35,021 nucleotides of DNA, from positions 1-35,021 of IMG/VR virus record IMGVR_UViG_3300031229_000079. One strand, 5' to 3'. Positions 7,314 through 17,395 of the stretch are shown here, piece after piece. The DNA is from a virus. Taxonomy: Duplodnaviria; Caudoviricetes. Every line of letters begins with the position of its first letter. The stretch's first letter is position 1. A model generated the notes under the pieces. It worked only from the letters and a program-made list of their open reading frames with translations. It ran no database searches and was not told the origin of the DNA. The position numbers and the translations under genes were made by a program.

Positions 7314-10300
7314 GTGGCAACGATTGACGACATCCGCATCAAGCTCGCTGTCGACGCTGGCCAGGTCAGCACTGGTATCCGCACGGTCAGCGCTGTCATG
7401 GACAAGGAGCTGCGCAAGGAGCGCACGGCCAAGGTCATCCTGTCGCTGACTCAGAAGAACGACGTCGATGGCAAGATCGATACCCTGGCCCAGAAGATCA
7501 AGGATGCTGGGAAGGTCCCGGTTGAGGTTAACCTCGCCAGCTTCGACGCCGCCGGGATCAAGGAGAAGCTGGCCCAGGACCTCGAGGGGCTCGGCACCAT
7601 CCCTGTCCCTGTCACGATCGATACCGATCTGACGAAGAAGGAAAAGGCAGCAACCCAGAGCGCCATCCGGCAGGCTGTCGGTGTCGTCACAATCGACTGG
7701 CAGCTCGCCGCCAAGCCCAAGGGCGGCTGGCCGGAGCCACCGCCGGGCTGGGGCGGCACACCTGACACCGGGGGCGGCACGGGGCCTGGCCCGACGGGTG
7801 GCGCACCCACTGGTGGTGGCCCGGCGCCAACGGCTGGCCCGACGACTGGCGAGGCTGAGCCGACCACGACCAGAGCCCCTCGGACCGCCGAGCAGCGGGC
7901 CAATGATCAGCGCATCCGCAAGGCTATGGCCGACGCGAAGCAGGCCGAAGAGGCGGGCGACGATGAGGCCCTCGCCAAGGCCAATGCAGAGGAGGCGGCC
8001 GCACGAGCTGAACAGACCCGACAGGCCAAGGAACGGCGTGCCGTCGAAACGGCCGAGCGCAGGACCCGGGCGCAGGACGCAAAGCAGGAGGCTGCTGCCA
8101 AGCGCGCCCAGGCTGAGACAGAGGCCGAACCGGAGCCAGCTGAAGCCGAGGGCATCGGCGGTCGCAGGCGCGGCCAGCGCGCGGCTGCTCGTCAGGCCGT
8201 AGAGGTACCGACAGGGGCCCCGGAGGAAGTCGGGACCCGCGCCCCAGGTGAAGCTCGCACCATCGCGCCCGCCAGACGGGCCCAGCGGCTCGTTGCCACG
8301 ACCGATTTCGGCACGATCAAGGCCCACCACACCAAGGGCTTCCGGACGAGCGATCAGCCGCGCGGCTTTGGCAAGGAGGCGCTGCCAACCTTCGGGGCCG
8401 CCCTGGAAGAGGCGAAGACCCGCGGCGGTGGCATCTTCCCGGGTGGCGACCCCGAGATGATGGCCGAGCTGGAGCGCGCCATTGACCGCGATACCTCGCT
8501 CAAGGAGTTCTTCGCTGAGCGTCGCGGGATCGACATCGGCACGCTCGCCATCAGCCCCGAGAACCGCTCGGCACGGGTTAGAGAGATCGCCGCGGTCTAC
8601 CGCGACAAGTACCGCAAGAAGCTTGCGCCTTTGTTCGACGCGATCGACAAGGCTCCGGCGGGCACGCGCGGGGACAGGCGTGACCTGATCGAGGAGCATG
8701 CTCCGCGTCTGTCGCGGCGTCTGGGAACGATCAATGCGGATGTCACCCGCCCAGAGGAGCGCGAGGGCGCAATCTCGGAGCTGGCCGATCAGGACATCAA
8801 GCGGTTCTCGGCCCGCCTGCGCAAGGCCTTCGAGGGCCTGTCCACTACCAGCCCTGATGCCCTGGCCATGGTCCTCGGATCTGCTCGAAAGCAGGCCGAG
8901 AACTTCCAGAGCCAGGTCGCAGAATCCCTGGGCTCGGTCGTCAACATCAATGCTGGCGCGCGCCTGAAGGACCCGCCGTCTCGCGTCAAGAGCGGCGGCA
9001 TGATCACTGGCGGGGCGTTCGAGCAGGCCGCGAAGGAGATGGCCCTGCCGCTCGAGAAGCGCGGCCTGGGCCAGACTGAACGAGCCAGTACGAAGGAGCC
9101 GGAGATTCCGCCGGGCGGTCTTGCTGCTCCGGCTCCGCCATCCCGGCGGAATGCTCGGGCCAAGGCTGTGCCCGTCGAGATCACTGACCGGCTGGCTCAG
9201 ATCCGAGGCGGCGCGGACGTCAACGCGGAGCGGATGTTCGATCTGAGCATGGGGCTCGGCGACGCCCTACGTGAGCCTGGTGCTATTGCTGGCGAGTTCT
9301 CGCTCCTGAGCGACAAGCCGCCGCCCCCCAAGCCCAAGGAGGCTCGCGACCCCTTTGCCGCATACGAGAAGGCCGTAACCAAAGCACGCGCCAAGGAAGG
9401 CGCCGAGGCTGCGGCTGCGGCCAGGGCGGGCACGCCGCTCGACATGCAGACGCGCGCCAAGCGCCTTCAGGAACTGCTGGCTGGGGTCGTCAAGCCGATG
9501 GCTGAGGGCGGCCAGATCCAGCGCCTCTCGGTCTACAGGGGCGGTGAGATTGGCGGTAGTGACTTTATCCGCCAGCCGACCAGCTACGAGCCGGAGGCAG
9601 CCTGGGTAGCCAACGACCCCGCCTACGCCAAGCGATATGCCCTTGGGCAGAAGCGGTTTGGAACAGGACGCAAGGATCGCTTCTATTTCTCCGGCTCTGG
9701 TCAGTCGACCAGCGAGGAGCGCGAGGCGGCGTGGGCGCTGACAGATCAGCGCATGCGCAGTCGAGGCATGGTCCACGAGGGCGTGATCCCTGCCTCGAAG
9801 GTGGCCCCGGCCGAGCCGTTTGGCGAGCTGTTGAGTCGTCCTGGGCTCCCACGCCTGTTGCGACGGAAGGGTTTCGCGGCGGTTCAGACAGACGAGGGTG
9901 GTGGCAGCCTCGCGGTCTTCAACCCTCGATACGTAGTTCAGCGACTCGCCGGGCCGAAGGGCATCCTGCCCCGCGCCGAGGGTGGCGACCTTGACTTCGA
10001 CCCCAAGCGCGTTCGCCACACACAGCAGTGGCGTCAGATGTCGCTGCGTCAGCGGGCCTTCCAGCCGTGGTGCACGTACTGCGGCACGGCCGGTACGGCG
10101 AAGAATCCGCTCGAAGGCGAGCACATCAAGGACCTTGCCCTGGGCGGCGCCCCGTTCGACAAGCGCAACGTCACGACCGCCTGCAAGAACTGTAATCTCG
10201 GGAAGCGCGGTCAGGTTGGCTGGGGGCCGCCTGGCCGCGCCGAGGGCGGCCCAATAGAGCTACCTGGCTATGGTCGAGCACCCGGGTGGCGGCGGCGCCT

Positions 10301-13300
10301 GAATGCCGCCCGGCTGCATCTGCCCGGGCTCGTGATGGAGGAAGCAGCTGCTCAAGAGCTGGGCAGAGAGCACGAGCCACTGGAGGACGTCCTCGCCGAC
10401 ATCGGTGGCGAGATGCAGACGGTCGTCCCGCGGATGCACCACCCGGACTGGGCGAACCTATTCAGGCTCGGCCAGGGCTCCATGGACGACGCTATGCGAG
10501 CAACCAGCTTCCCGTTCAGCCAGAACGCTGAAGGTGGCCAGATCAAGCACACCGGCTTGCTCGGCCGGATGGTTTCACGTGGAACATACGAGAGCCCGCT
10601 GCCGCCGGGCTTCAGCGTCACCCAGGTCGGTGAGCGCGGGCCAGAGCTGATCGTCCAGGGCCCGAGCGGCGAGGCCGAGGTCATCCCAACCCACAAGGTC
10701 CCGACCTGGCTGGCGCGAGCCCAGCAGGGCCAGGGGTTCGGCAAGGATCTGACCGGCCGCGCCGAGGGCGGCGTGCTTCGCCATGCGGCGGAGGGGATCA
10801 CTGGTGGTCCGTTCCAGTTCCGTGGGATCACTGGCTCGCTGTCCGCCAGGGACCCGCTCCTGAGTCGCGGGACCGTCGCCAGCGGCGTGATCCAGCGGGT
10901 TTTTGTTGTCAACTGGCCAGCCGCATTCACCGGCCAGGGCGGTACTCGCCCGATTCCGACGATCGAGAAGACGCCAACCGGCAAGATTGACCAGGCTCGG
11001 GCGGCGAGCGGGACTCGCCAGTCCACGGCAGGGACGGCAGCTACGCCTCCGGGTGTCCTGCCGACGGTCGCAGCCATCGCTGGAGCCCAGCCTGCTCCCT
11101 TCATCCTGCCGAGCCGAGACCCGGCGTTCTTGACCCGAGTCGGGATCGAGCGCCAGCGTGCGTTGGGGACTGGTCGTACCAGGGCTCAGGCTGAGCGCGC
11201 CGACGTTGCGGTGGCCCTGGCCGAGAGCCCGGTCCGTGCCTTCGTCACGGCGGTCAGCCAGGTGGTCCAGACACTTGCTGGGCGCGGCGACACGATCCGA
11301 CAGGCCAAGGCGGCCCAGGACATCATTGCCCAGACGGCGCAGTCCGAGCTGGCGCTGGCCGATGCCCGACGGTCGTACAAGATCAATCGCGGGGATCTGC
11401 TGGCCCTCGCAGGGGCGGAAGATCAGCTCAACGATAACCAGCAGAAGCGCCTCGCCATTCTGCGGGAGACCGTCCCCGCAGAAAGACAGGGCATCTCACA
11501 GCAGATCGACGAAGTTCGACGACTTCGCGCGGAGAGCGAGGCGGCCCTGAAGCCGCTCGGCGGCGTTGGGACGTCGATCCGAAACCTGGCTGTTGGTGGG
11601 ACGTCAGCCTTGGTCGCAGGGGCCGGATTCACCGTTGCCTTCCAGGCGATGAACGCTGCCTTCGAAGTCGGCACGATGGCCATCGCCGAAACCACCGAGC
11701 GCACGACTGGGTACCACAATGCGACGGCTGAGCTGACCAAGGAGCTGGCGCTCGGCGCCAGGCAGGCTGGTAGTTCGGCTGAGGCGGTCATCGCGGCCAA
11801 GCTCGCGTTCTCGGGCCTGGCGGCTGAGACGTCGCAGCGCGTCCTTCCAGTCATCGCCGGGCGTGCGGAGGGTGTCGCCGGGAATCAGGCCCTCCAGGAG
11901 CAGCTGATCCAGGTGGCGGCGGCGCGTAACATCGGCCAGAACCGCCCGCCTGGGCTCCCGACCGAATTCGATACGTCCCTCGTTCGGTCGACGGGTGGCC
12001 CATTCGATGCAGGACTCCTGCCGGGCATCCTGTCGGACCGCTCGACGTCGAACATCCTGAGTAACTCGCTGGACAACCTCGTCTTCGGAACGGAGGAACT
12101 GGAGCGGCTCTACAACGCTTCGCGACCAGGCATCGGCATTGGGCCGCTCGGGGTCAAGCTCGGTCCGGAGTTCGAGGCGCCATCACCGGACCTGTTCAAC
12201 AGCATGCTGGACGACTGGCTCCAGACGGCAGGCGAACGAGGCGCGAAGGGTGGCTCTTTGGCCACCCTCGGCCGCGAGACCGACCCCGCTCGTATCCAGG
12301 CGACGGTTCAGGCGCTCCGCAACATCGAGGCGTTTGATCTCGCCGACGCTATCGAAAAGAAGGCCAAGGAAGGCTTTGGCATCGCGTTCCAGGGTCCTGA
12401 GATCTCTGACTACATCGCGGCCCAGTTCCTTGAATCCCAGCGTCGACAGGGTCGCACCCCGTCACTTCAGAACCTCCTGACCCAGATGACGGCGCCAATC
12501 GGCGGGACACCAGGCAATCTCAATCTGCTTGACGTCCAGACGCGCGACATCGCTCGTCGAGGAGCCGTGCAGCGCGAAACCGTCCTGCCTGCCGCGCAGG
12601 CCCTGGCCTTCGCTGCCCGGCCGATCACCCCGTTCATGGACCCACGCCTTCGCCCAAGCGAAACGCTGTCGGGCGAGGCGTTCAAGGACAACGAAGACAC
12701 GATCGGCCAGTACCAGAAGGCGTTTGAGAAGTACGCCGATTTCGCACTGCCCGCCCAGGAACGGATCAATGCCCAGATCGCGAAGGGTCGGGCAACGCTC
12801 GAATCGTGGATCGGACCTGAGCTGCTCGGTGACATCACGGCTTTGGGGAAGGGCATCCAGAGCATCCAGCTGGACATCGGCCAGCGCAGTCTCAACCTCG
12901 AGGTCAGCCAGTACAACAACGAGATCCGGATCGCCACCCGCCAGCTGAACCAGGCCAAGGACTTCACCAAGGCGATCAAGGGCAACGTCAAGGACACGGT
13001 CGGTGGGCTCCAGGGTCAGAACTACCAGCTCAGCCGACAGCTCCAGTTGCTGGGCTTCGAGATCCAGCAGCGGCAGATCAACCTGAACCTCGCCCTGGCC
13101 AGCTTCCAGACGCCAGGCGAGACGTCAGAGGAGCGCGCCGCACGGCGGGCTGACGCTGAGGCTCAGGCGAAGATTGCCCAGGAGCAGCTCAACCTTCAGA
13201 AGAAGATCAGCGGCAATGAGTTCCAGGTCGGGCTCATGGAAAACGCCAATGCGATTACCGATCTGACCGCACAGATCGCCTTGCTCCGCGAGGGCAAGGC

Positions 13301-13919
13301 CTTCGCGATTGACTCGTTCGCGGCGCAGGAAGCGATCAAGGCGATGGAGGCTGAGCTTCAGATCCTCGAGGCCGAGGCGCAGGAGCGGTTCGACGAGCAG
13401 GTCAAGAACCAGGAAGTCCTGCTGGGCATCTGGGCTGACTTCGAGCGCCAGGCTGGCATCGCGATCGATAAGCAGACGGCGTTCCTGACCAATGATCTCG
13501 TCCCGGCGTTCCGGAAGGCAGGGCTCGCCGCTGGTAAGTCCGCGACTGACTTCGTCGTGGCGTCGATCATGTCGGCCCTGGGCTATGCGGCAGCAGTTGC
13601 CCAGACGATCTCGGCTGGTGGTCAGTTCGGCAACAAGCAGATCCCCAACCCAGCTACTGGCGCCACTGGGCTCCTGTTCGATACCAACGGACCGACCAAC
13701 CTGATCGTTGGCGAGGCTGGCACCGAGACCGTCGCCGTCCTGCGCAACCCACGCAAGATGTCCATGCCGCCTGGTGGTGGCGCCGGTGGTGGCGGCGGGA
13801 CGGTCCTCAACGTCGTCTTCAACAACCCGATTGTGAGGAACGAGAATGATCTGAACTCGATCATTCGGAAGGTCGAGGAGGCGCTGAACCGGCGCATTCA
13901 GCTGCAAGGGCTGAGGTAG
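7314..13919 (+). CDS. Tape measure protein with embedded ART-like and HNH domains
   Basis: 2201 aa after chaperone; helical coiled-coil C-half; VGERGPELI and VGEAGTE motifs and terminal VLNVVFNNP...IIRKVEEAL typical of TMP ends. Confidence 0.85.
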   Translation: MATIDDIRIKLAVDAGQVSTGIRTVSAVMDKELRKERTAKVILSLTQKNDVDGKIDTLAQKIKDAGKVPVEVNLASFDAAGIKEKLAQDLEGLGTIPVPVTIDTDLTKKEKAATQSAIRQAVGVVTIDWQLAAKPKGGWPEPPPGWGGTPDTGGGTGPGPTGGAPTGGGPAPTAGPTTGEAEPTTTRAPRTAEQRANDQRIRKAMADAKQAEEAGDDEALAKANAEEAAARAEQTRQAKERRAVETAERRTRAQDAKQEAAAKRAQAETEAEPEPAEAEGIGGRRRGQRAAARQAVEVPTGAPEEVGTRAPGEARTIAPARRAQRLVATTDFGTIKAHHTKGFRTSDQPRGFGKEALPTFGAALEEAKTRGGGIFPGGDPEMMAELERAIDRDTSLKEFFAERRGIDIGTLAISPENRSARVREIAAVYRDKYRKKLAPLFDAIDKAPAGTRGDRRDLIEEHAPRLSRRLGTINADVTRPEEREGAISELADQDIKRFSARLRKAFEGLSTTSPDALAMVLGSARKQAENFQSQVAESLGSVVNINAGARLKDPPSRVKSGGMITGGAFEQAAKEMALPLEKRGLGQTERASTKEPEIPPGGLAAPAPPSRRNARAKAVPVEITDRLAQIRGGADVNAERMFDLSMGLGDALREPGAIAGEFSLLSDKPPPPKPKEARDPFAAYEKAVTKARAKEGAEAAAAARAGTPLDMQTRAKRLQELLAGVVKPMAEGGQIQRLSVYRGGEIGGSDFIRQPTSYEPEAAWVANDPAYAKRYALGQKRFGTGRKDRFYFSGSGQSTSEEREAAWALTDQRMRSRGMVHEGVIPASKVAPAEPFGELLSRPGLPRLLRRKGFAAVQTDEGGGSLAVFNPRYVVQRLAGPKGILPRAEGGDLDFDPKRVRHTQQWRQMSLRQRAFQPWCTYCGTAGTAKNPLEGEHIKDLALGGAPFDKRNVTTACKNCNLGKRGQVGWGPPGRAEGGPIELPGYGRAPGWRRRLNAARLHLPGLVMEEAAAQELGREHEPLEDVLADIGGEMQTVVPRMHHPDWANLFRLGQGSMDDAMRATSFPFSQNAEGGQIKHTGLLGRMVSRGTYESPLPPGFSVTQVGERGPELIVQGPSGEAEVIPTHKVPTWLARAQQGQGFGKDLTGRAEGGVLRHAAEGITGGPFQFRGITGSLSARDPLLSRGTVASGVIQRVFVVNWPAAFTGQGGTRPIPTIEKTPTGKIDQARAASGTRQSTAGTAATPPGVLPTVAAIAGAQPAPFILPSRDPAFLTRVGIERQRALGTGRTRAQAERADVAVALAESPVRAFVTAVSQVVQTLAGRGDTIRQAKAAQDIIAQTAQSELALADARRSYKINRGDLLALAGAEDQLNDNQQKRLAILRETVPAERQGISQQIDEVRRLRAESEAALKPLGGVGTSIRNLAVGGTSALVAGAGFTVAFQAMNAAFEVGTMAIAETTERTTGYHNATAELTKELALGARQAGSSAEAVIAAKLAFSGLAAETSQRVLPVIAGRAEGVAGNQALQEQLIQVAAARNIGQNRPPGLPTEFDTSLVRSTGGPFDAGLLPGILSDRSTSNILSNSLDNLVFGTEELERLYNASRPGIGIGPLGVKLGPEFEAPSPDLFNSMLDDWLQTAGERGAKGGSLATLGRETDPARIQATVQALRNIEAFDLADAIEKKAKEGFGIAFQGPEISDYIAAQFLESQRRQGRTPSLQNLLTQMTAPIGGTPGNLNLLDVQTRDIARRGAVQRETVLPAAQALAFAARPITPFMDPRLRPSETLSGEAFKDNEDTIGQYQKAFEKYADFALPAQERINAQIAKGRATLESWIGPELLGDITALGKGIQSIQLDIGQRSLNLEVSQYNNEIRIATRQLNQAKDFTKAIKGNVKDTVGGLQGQNYQLSRQLQLLGFEIQQRQINLNLALASFQTPGETSEERAARRADAEAQAKIAQEQLNLQKKISGNEFQVGLMENANAITDLTAQIALLREGKAFAIDSFAAQEAIKAMEAELQILEAEAQERFDEQVKNQEVLLGIWADFERQAGIAIDKQTAFLTNDLVPAFRKAGLAAGKSATDFVVASIMSALGYAAAVAQTISAGGQFGNKQIPNPATGATGLLFDTNGPTNLIVGEAGTETVAVLRNPRKMSMPPGGGAGGGGGTVLNVVFNNPIVRNENDLNSIIRKVEEALNRRIQLQGLR

Positions 13920-13921
13920 CC

Positions 13922-16900
13922 GTGAGCACGATCGTCATCAGAGTCGAGGGGACTGACATCACCGACGATGTCATCCTCGCCGAAGCCACCTTCAGCACCT
14001 CCGTCGGGGCCTTCCCAGGCGAGTTCGACATCAGGGTCAAGGACCCCACCGTCGCCTACGATTTCAAGGCGTCGGACAACATCACCCTCGACATCGACGG
14101 CATCCGGAGCTTCGACGGCTACGTCCTCCAGGCATCGAAGACGTTCGCCTTCCCGGTGGTCGACACAGCCGATCCCCAGGTCCTGATGTGGCACCTCCGG
14201 GGCCCGGACATCAACATCCTGTTCACGAAGCGATTCGTGTACAAGGTCGGTGCGCCCAGAACCAGGATCGCGGATCTTCCGGTCGGGACAACTGATCTCG
14301 AGGCGCTGAACCTTCTGTTCAGCGACTGGCTCCCTCTGTCCGGCGACAGCATCACCGACGACTTCAACGAGGTTGGGGTCATCACCCCTGACGAGAAGGG
14401 TCTGCCGTTCACGACGGGCGACACCTGGCAGACGGCGATGTACAACATCAGCCAGCTGCCAGGCGCGGTCTGGGGCATCAAGCCCAACAGGGTCTTCTAC
14501 TACGAGGACGACGACACTGAGTCAGCGCCGTTCCGTCTCTCGGACACGCCCAACAACTCGACTTCGTTTGGCTACTCCAACATGGACTGGCTGCACGATG
14601 GCACGAAGCTGGTCAACGACTCGTTGTTCTGGGGCGCCGGGCTGGGTTCAGATGATCTCGTCTATTCGAGGGTCGAGGACGACGACTCGATCGATCTCCA
14701 CGGTCGCTGGCAGACGGGCCAGATCCGGGGTGACGTCTGGCGCCAGACCACCGCCAACAAGATCTCCGAGTCGATCGTCTACGGCAGTCCCCAGAACCTC
14801 CACGGCGGCAAGGATGACTCCGAGACGGTGACCTGCCGCATCGTGAAGCCTGGGCTCACGCCGGGCGACAAGGTCCACATCACGAGCAACGTCTTCGGGA
14901 TCAGCAAGATCCTGCCGATCCGCCGCATGACGATGACCTTCCCGAACCCCGAGGCGGTCCTGTACGACCTGAACCTGTCGTTCGACATCGACCGGCCGTA
15001 CAGCTACCACAATCGACCCAGGTTCCCAAGGTTCGACATCGACCCTCCGCCGCCCTGGTTGCCAGGCGGAGATGAAGAGGGCGGATGCCAGGACTGCGGC
15101 ATCACCGACTCGTTCGAGCGAGTTGTTGCGGCCGGTTGGGGGACTTCCGACATGGGCCTCACGTGGAATATCGGGAACCTGGCCGACAACCCTCAGTTCT
15201 CGATCGCGAGCGGTCAGGCGGTCTACACATCAGCGTCGGACACCCCCGGCCCGTCTACAACGGGGCATGGGCGAATGCGGATGTTCCCGCGTAACTGGCC
15301 GTTGGCGTGGACGCTTGAAACGCGCTTCCTCGTTGGGTCCATCAGCGATGCCGCGACCATGTGGCCGTTCATCAATAATCGGATGGGCAACGGTCGAAGT
15401 CTTGACATCCAGATTGCGGTTGACGGGATCAATGGCTATATCCAGCTAGACGGTGAGCCAGCAGCCAAGCAGTTCGTAAACTTCGCCATGGGCGGTTTCT
15501 TCATCCTGAAGTGGGACTACGACGTGACGACCGGTATCGCCAAGGCGAAGTGCTGGCACGACGGGGTAGACCCAGAACCAGATTGGCAGATCGAGGTCAA
15601 CTACGGCATCTTCGGACCCGATGGTCCGATCACCGACTTCTTCATCGACATTGAGACGGAGGTTGTGACCTCGTCGTTCGACTATATCCACAAGATGGAC
15701 TATCTCAGCATCACGGACATGGATCGGTGCCGGTACTACAAGTTTGACAACTTCGACCGGACCGTTCTCAACAACACATCGGGCTGGGGAGTCAGTTCAA
15801 GTGGTCCGACGTGGGATCGTGTCAGCGTGAATGGCGTCGAGTTCAGGGTTGACACAGTCGCCACATCGCCCAGCGCGGCGATCCAAAAACGTGTCGCTTC
15901 TGGCACAGCGGCAGACGGCTTGCAGGGTGTTTCGCTCCCAGTGGCGATTTCGTCTTCGCCCACGATCACGGTTACGGCCCTCGCACGCGCTGCCCCCGCG
16001 AATCAGGTCGATCTTTACTTCAAGTCGAGTACAGACATTGTCCGGGCCTTGTTATTCAACCCTCAGACCAGCGGCGTAACCCTTCGCGGCGACCCATCTG
16101 GGAGTTCGGATGTCACCGGGTCGATGTCATGGGCTGGGAACAGTCGGAAGTATCTGAAGTGGGAGGTAGTTCAAGGCGTTTCCAACAAGTTCAAGACGTG
16201 GCTGGATGGTGAGCCGGAGCCGTCCACGTGGCTTTTGGAGACCACCGACGCTACGAGCGGCACGGGCGTGTTCTTCGATGTGCTGGGAGGCTTCCCGTCG
16301 ACGACGGGGATCAACAACACCATCAGCCTCACGTTCATCGACTTCGATTACGACGGGAAGCCGTGCTACTACACCGACACGGTCATCGATGACTTCAATC
16401 GGGCCGATACTGCCAACACCTATCAGGGCGATGACCTCGAAGACCTCGCGGCGTGGGGCACCCCGACTCGCGGGGCTCCCGACTGGGTGGGTGAATTGGA
16501 TGTATTCGGAGCGACCCCCTCGGTTGACCCGATCGCGAGCTTTGCCATCACCAGTGGAGTTGGCCGCCTGCTTTTCACTTCGCCGATGCCGCAGGGCTCG
16601 CCATCGAATACGCCCATCGGGCAAGGCCGCTCGCGACTCGACCTATCTGAGTACGACAAGGATGAGATCGCCATCGAGTTCGACGTGAGCTTCACGCCCT
16701 CCCTGGGCAGCCCAGCCGCTAGCTCCAATGGCTTCGCGACGACCGTCTTCTATGCAGGCTTGCAGTGTCGGGATTCGTTCGGAAACGACGTAAGCCTCGG
16801 ATTGATCTCGGCAGGCTGGACGAAGAACTGGACAGGCGGGACGGTGACCTCGCAGACGAGCTTCCTCGCGGCTGAGGCTCGGTCTGGATCGACGACGCTC

Positions 16901-17395
16901 TCGACAACTTTGTCAACGAGCGGCCTGACGACTCGCCACGTGTCCATCAACCGAAGCGTAGCCCGAGGAACGACGATTATTTCGGTCGACGGTTTCGCGG
17001 TCGCATCTCTATCAGCCAGCGGAACGGTCAACCAGCCAATCTCATTCTTCACGCAGGTTGAATCGACGGTCAACGACATCGCTGCGGTCTATCAGTCGAC
17101 CCTCACGATCGACAACATCGTGATTCCGAACACGGGGGCGGTGGCGCCAGCGGCAGGCGGAGTAGTGCCCTTTCCGCCCACGGCTGGATCATTCGGCTGT
17201 GAGAGCCCAGAGGACCTCTCTGGGGGTGTCTACCAGACTAGCAATGCGTACGTCGGCGGGTCGCTTGATGTGTACGTTGACGGCACCCGCCAGCGTCTCG
17301 GCGTCGATTACTTCGAAGCTGGTCTGAACGAGTTCTACCTCACCAGCCCTGGCGGCAATGTGTATTGCTGCTACCTCGCATATGGACAGACATGA
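13922..17395 (+). CDS. Minor tail/baseplate hub protein with three internal beta-rich repeats
   Basis: 1157 aa after TMP; repeats DSFER..GWG / DNFDR..GWG / DDFNR..WG; N-terminal ~350 aa paralogous to next gene. Confidence 0.7.
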   Translation: MSTIVIRVEGTDITDDVILAEATFSTSVGAFPGEFDIRVKDPTVAYDFKASDNITLDIDGIRSFDGYVLQASKTFAFPVVDTADPQVLMWHLRGPDINILFTKRFVYKVGAPRTRIADLPVGTTDLEALNLLFSDWLPLSGDSITDDFNEVGVITPDEKGLPFTTGDTWQTAMYNISQLPGAVWGIKPNRVFYYEDDDTESAPFRLSDTPNNSTSFGYSNMDWLHDGTKLVNDSLFWGAGLGSDDLVYSRVEDDDSIDLHGRWQTGQIRGDVWRQTTANKISESIVYGSPQNLHGGKDDSETVTCRIVKPGLTPGDKVHITSNVFGISKILPIRRMTMTFPNPEAVLYDLNLSFDIDRPYSYHNRPRFPRFDIDPPPPWLPGGDEEGGCQDCGITDSFERVVAAGWGTSDMGLTWNIGNLADNPQFSIASGQAVYTSASDTPGPSTTGHGRMRMFPRNWPLAWTLETRFLVGSISDAATMWPFINNRMGNGRSLDIQIAVDGINGYIQLDGEPAAKQFVNFAMGGFFILKWDYDVTTGIAKAKCWHDGVDPEPDWQIEVNYGIFGPDGPITDFFIDIETEVVTSSFDYIHKMDYLSITDMDRCRYYKFDNFDRTVLNNTSGWGVSSSGPTWDRVSVNGVEFRVDTVATSPSAAIQKRVASGTAADGLQGVSLPVAISSSPTITVTALARAAPANQVDLYFKSSTDIVRALLFNPQTSGVTLRGDPSGSSDVTGSMSWAGNSRKYLKWEVVQGVSNKFKTWLDGEPEPSTWLLETTDATSGTGVFFDVLGGFPSTTGINNTISLTFIDFDYDGKPCYYTDTVIDDFNRADTANTYQGDDLEDLAAWGTPTRGAPDWVGELDVFGATPSVDPIASFAITSGVGRLLFTSPMPQGSPSNTPIGQGRSRLDLSEYDKDEIAIEFDVSFTPSLGSPAASSNGFATTVFYAGLQCRDSFGNDVSLGLISAGWTKNWTGGTVTSQTSFLAAEARSGSTTLSTTLSTSGLTTRHVSINRSVARGTTIISVDGFAVASLSASGTVNQPISFFTQVESTVNDIAAVYQSTLTIDNIVIPNTGAVAPAAGGVVPFPPTAGSFGCESPEDLSGGVYQTSNAYVGGSLDVYVDGTRQRLGVDYFEAGLNEFYLTSPGGNVYCCYLAYGQT

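Noticed and set aside
9975-10250. Intein explanation for the HNH domain in the tape measure protein
   Set aside because: No Hint-domain blocks or C-terminal HN-(C/S/T) junction; the insert is too short and bounded by AEGG motifs instead.
7308-13907. Long antisense ORFs opposite structural genes (e.g. 7308-8699, 9267-10124, 13125-13907)
   Set aside because: Expected shadow ORFs of GC-rich coding sequence; no motifs or RBS.
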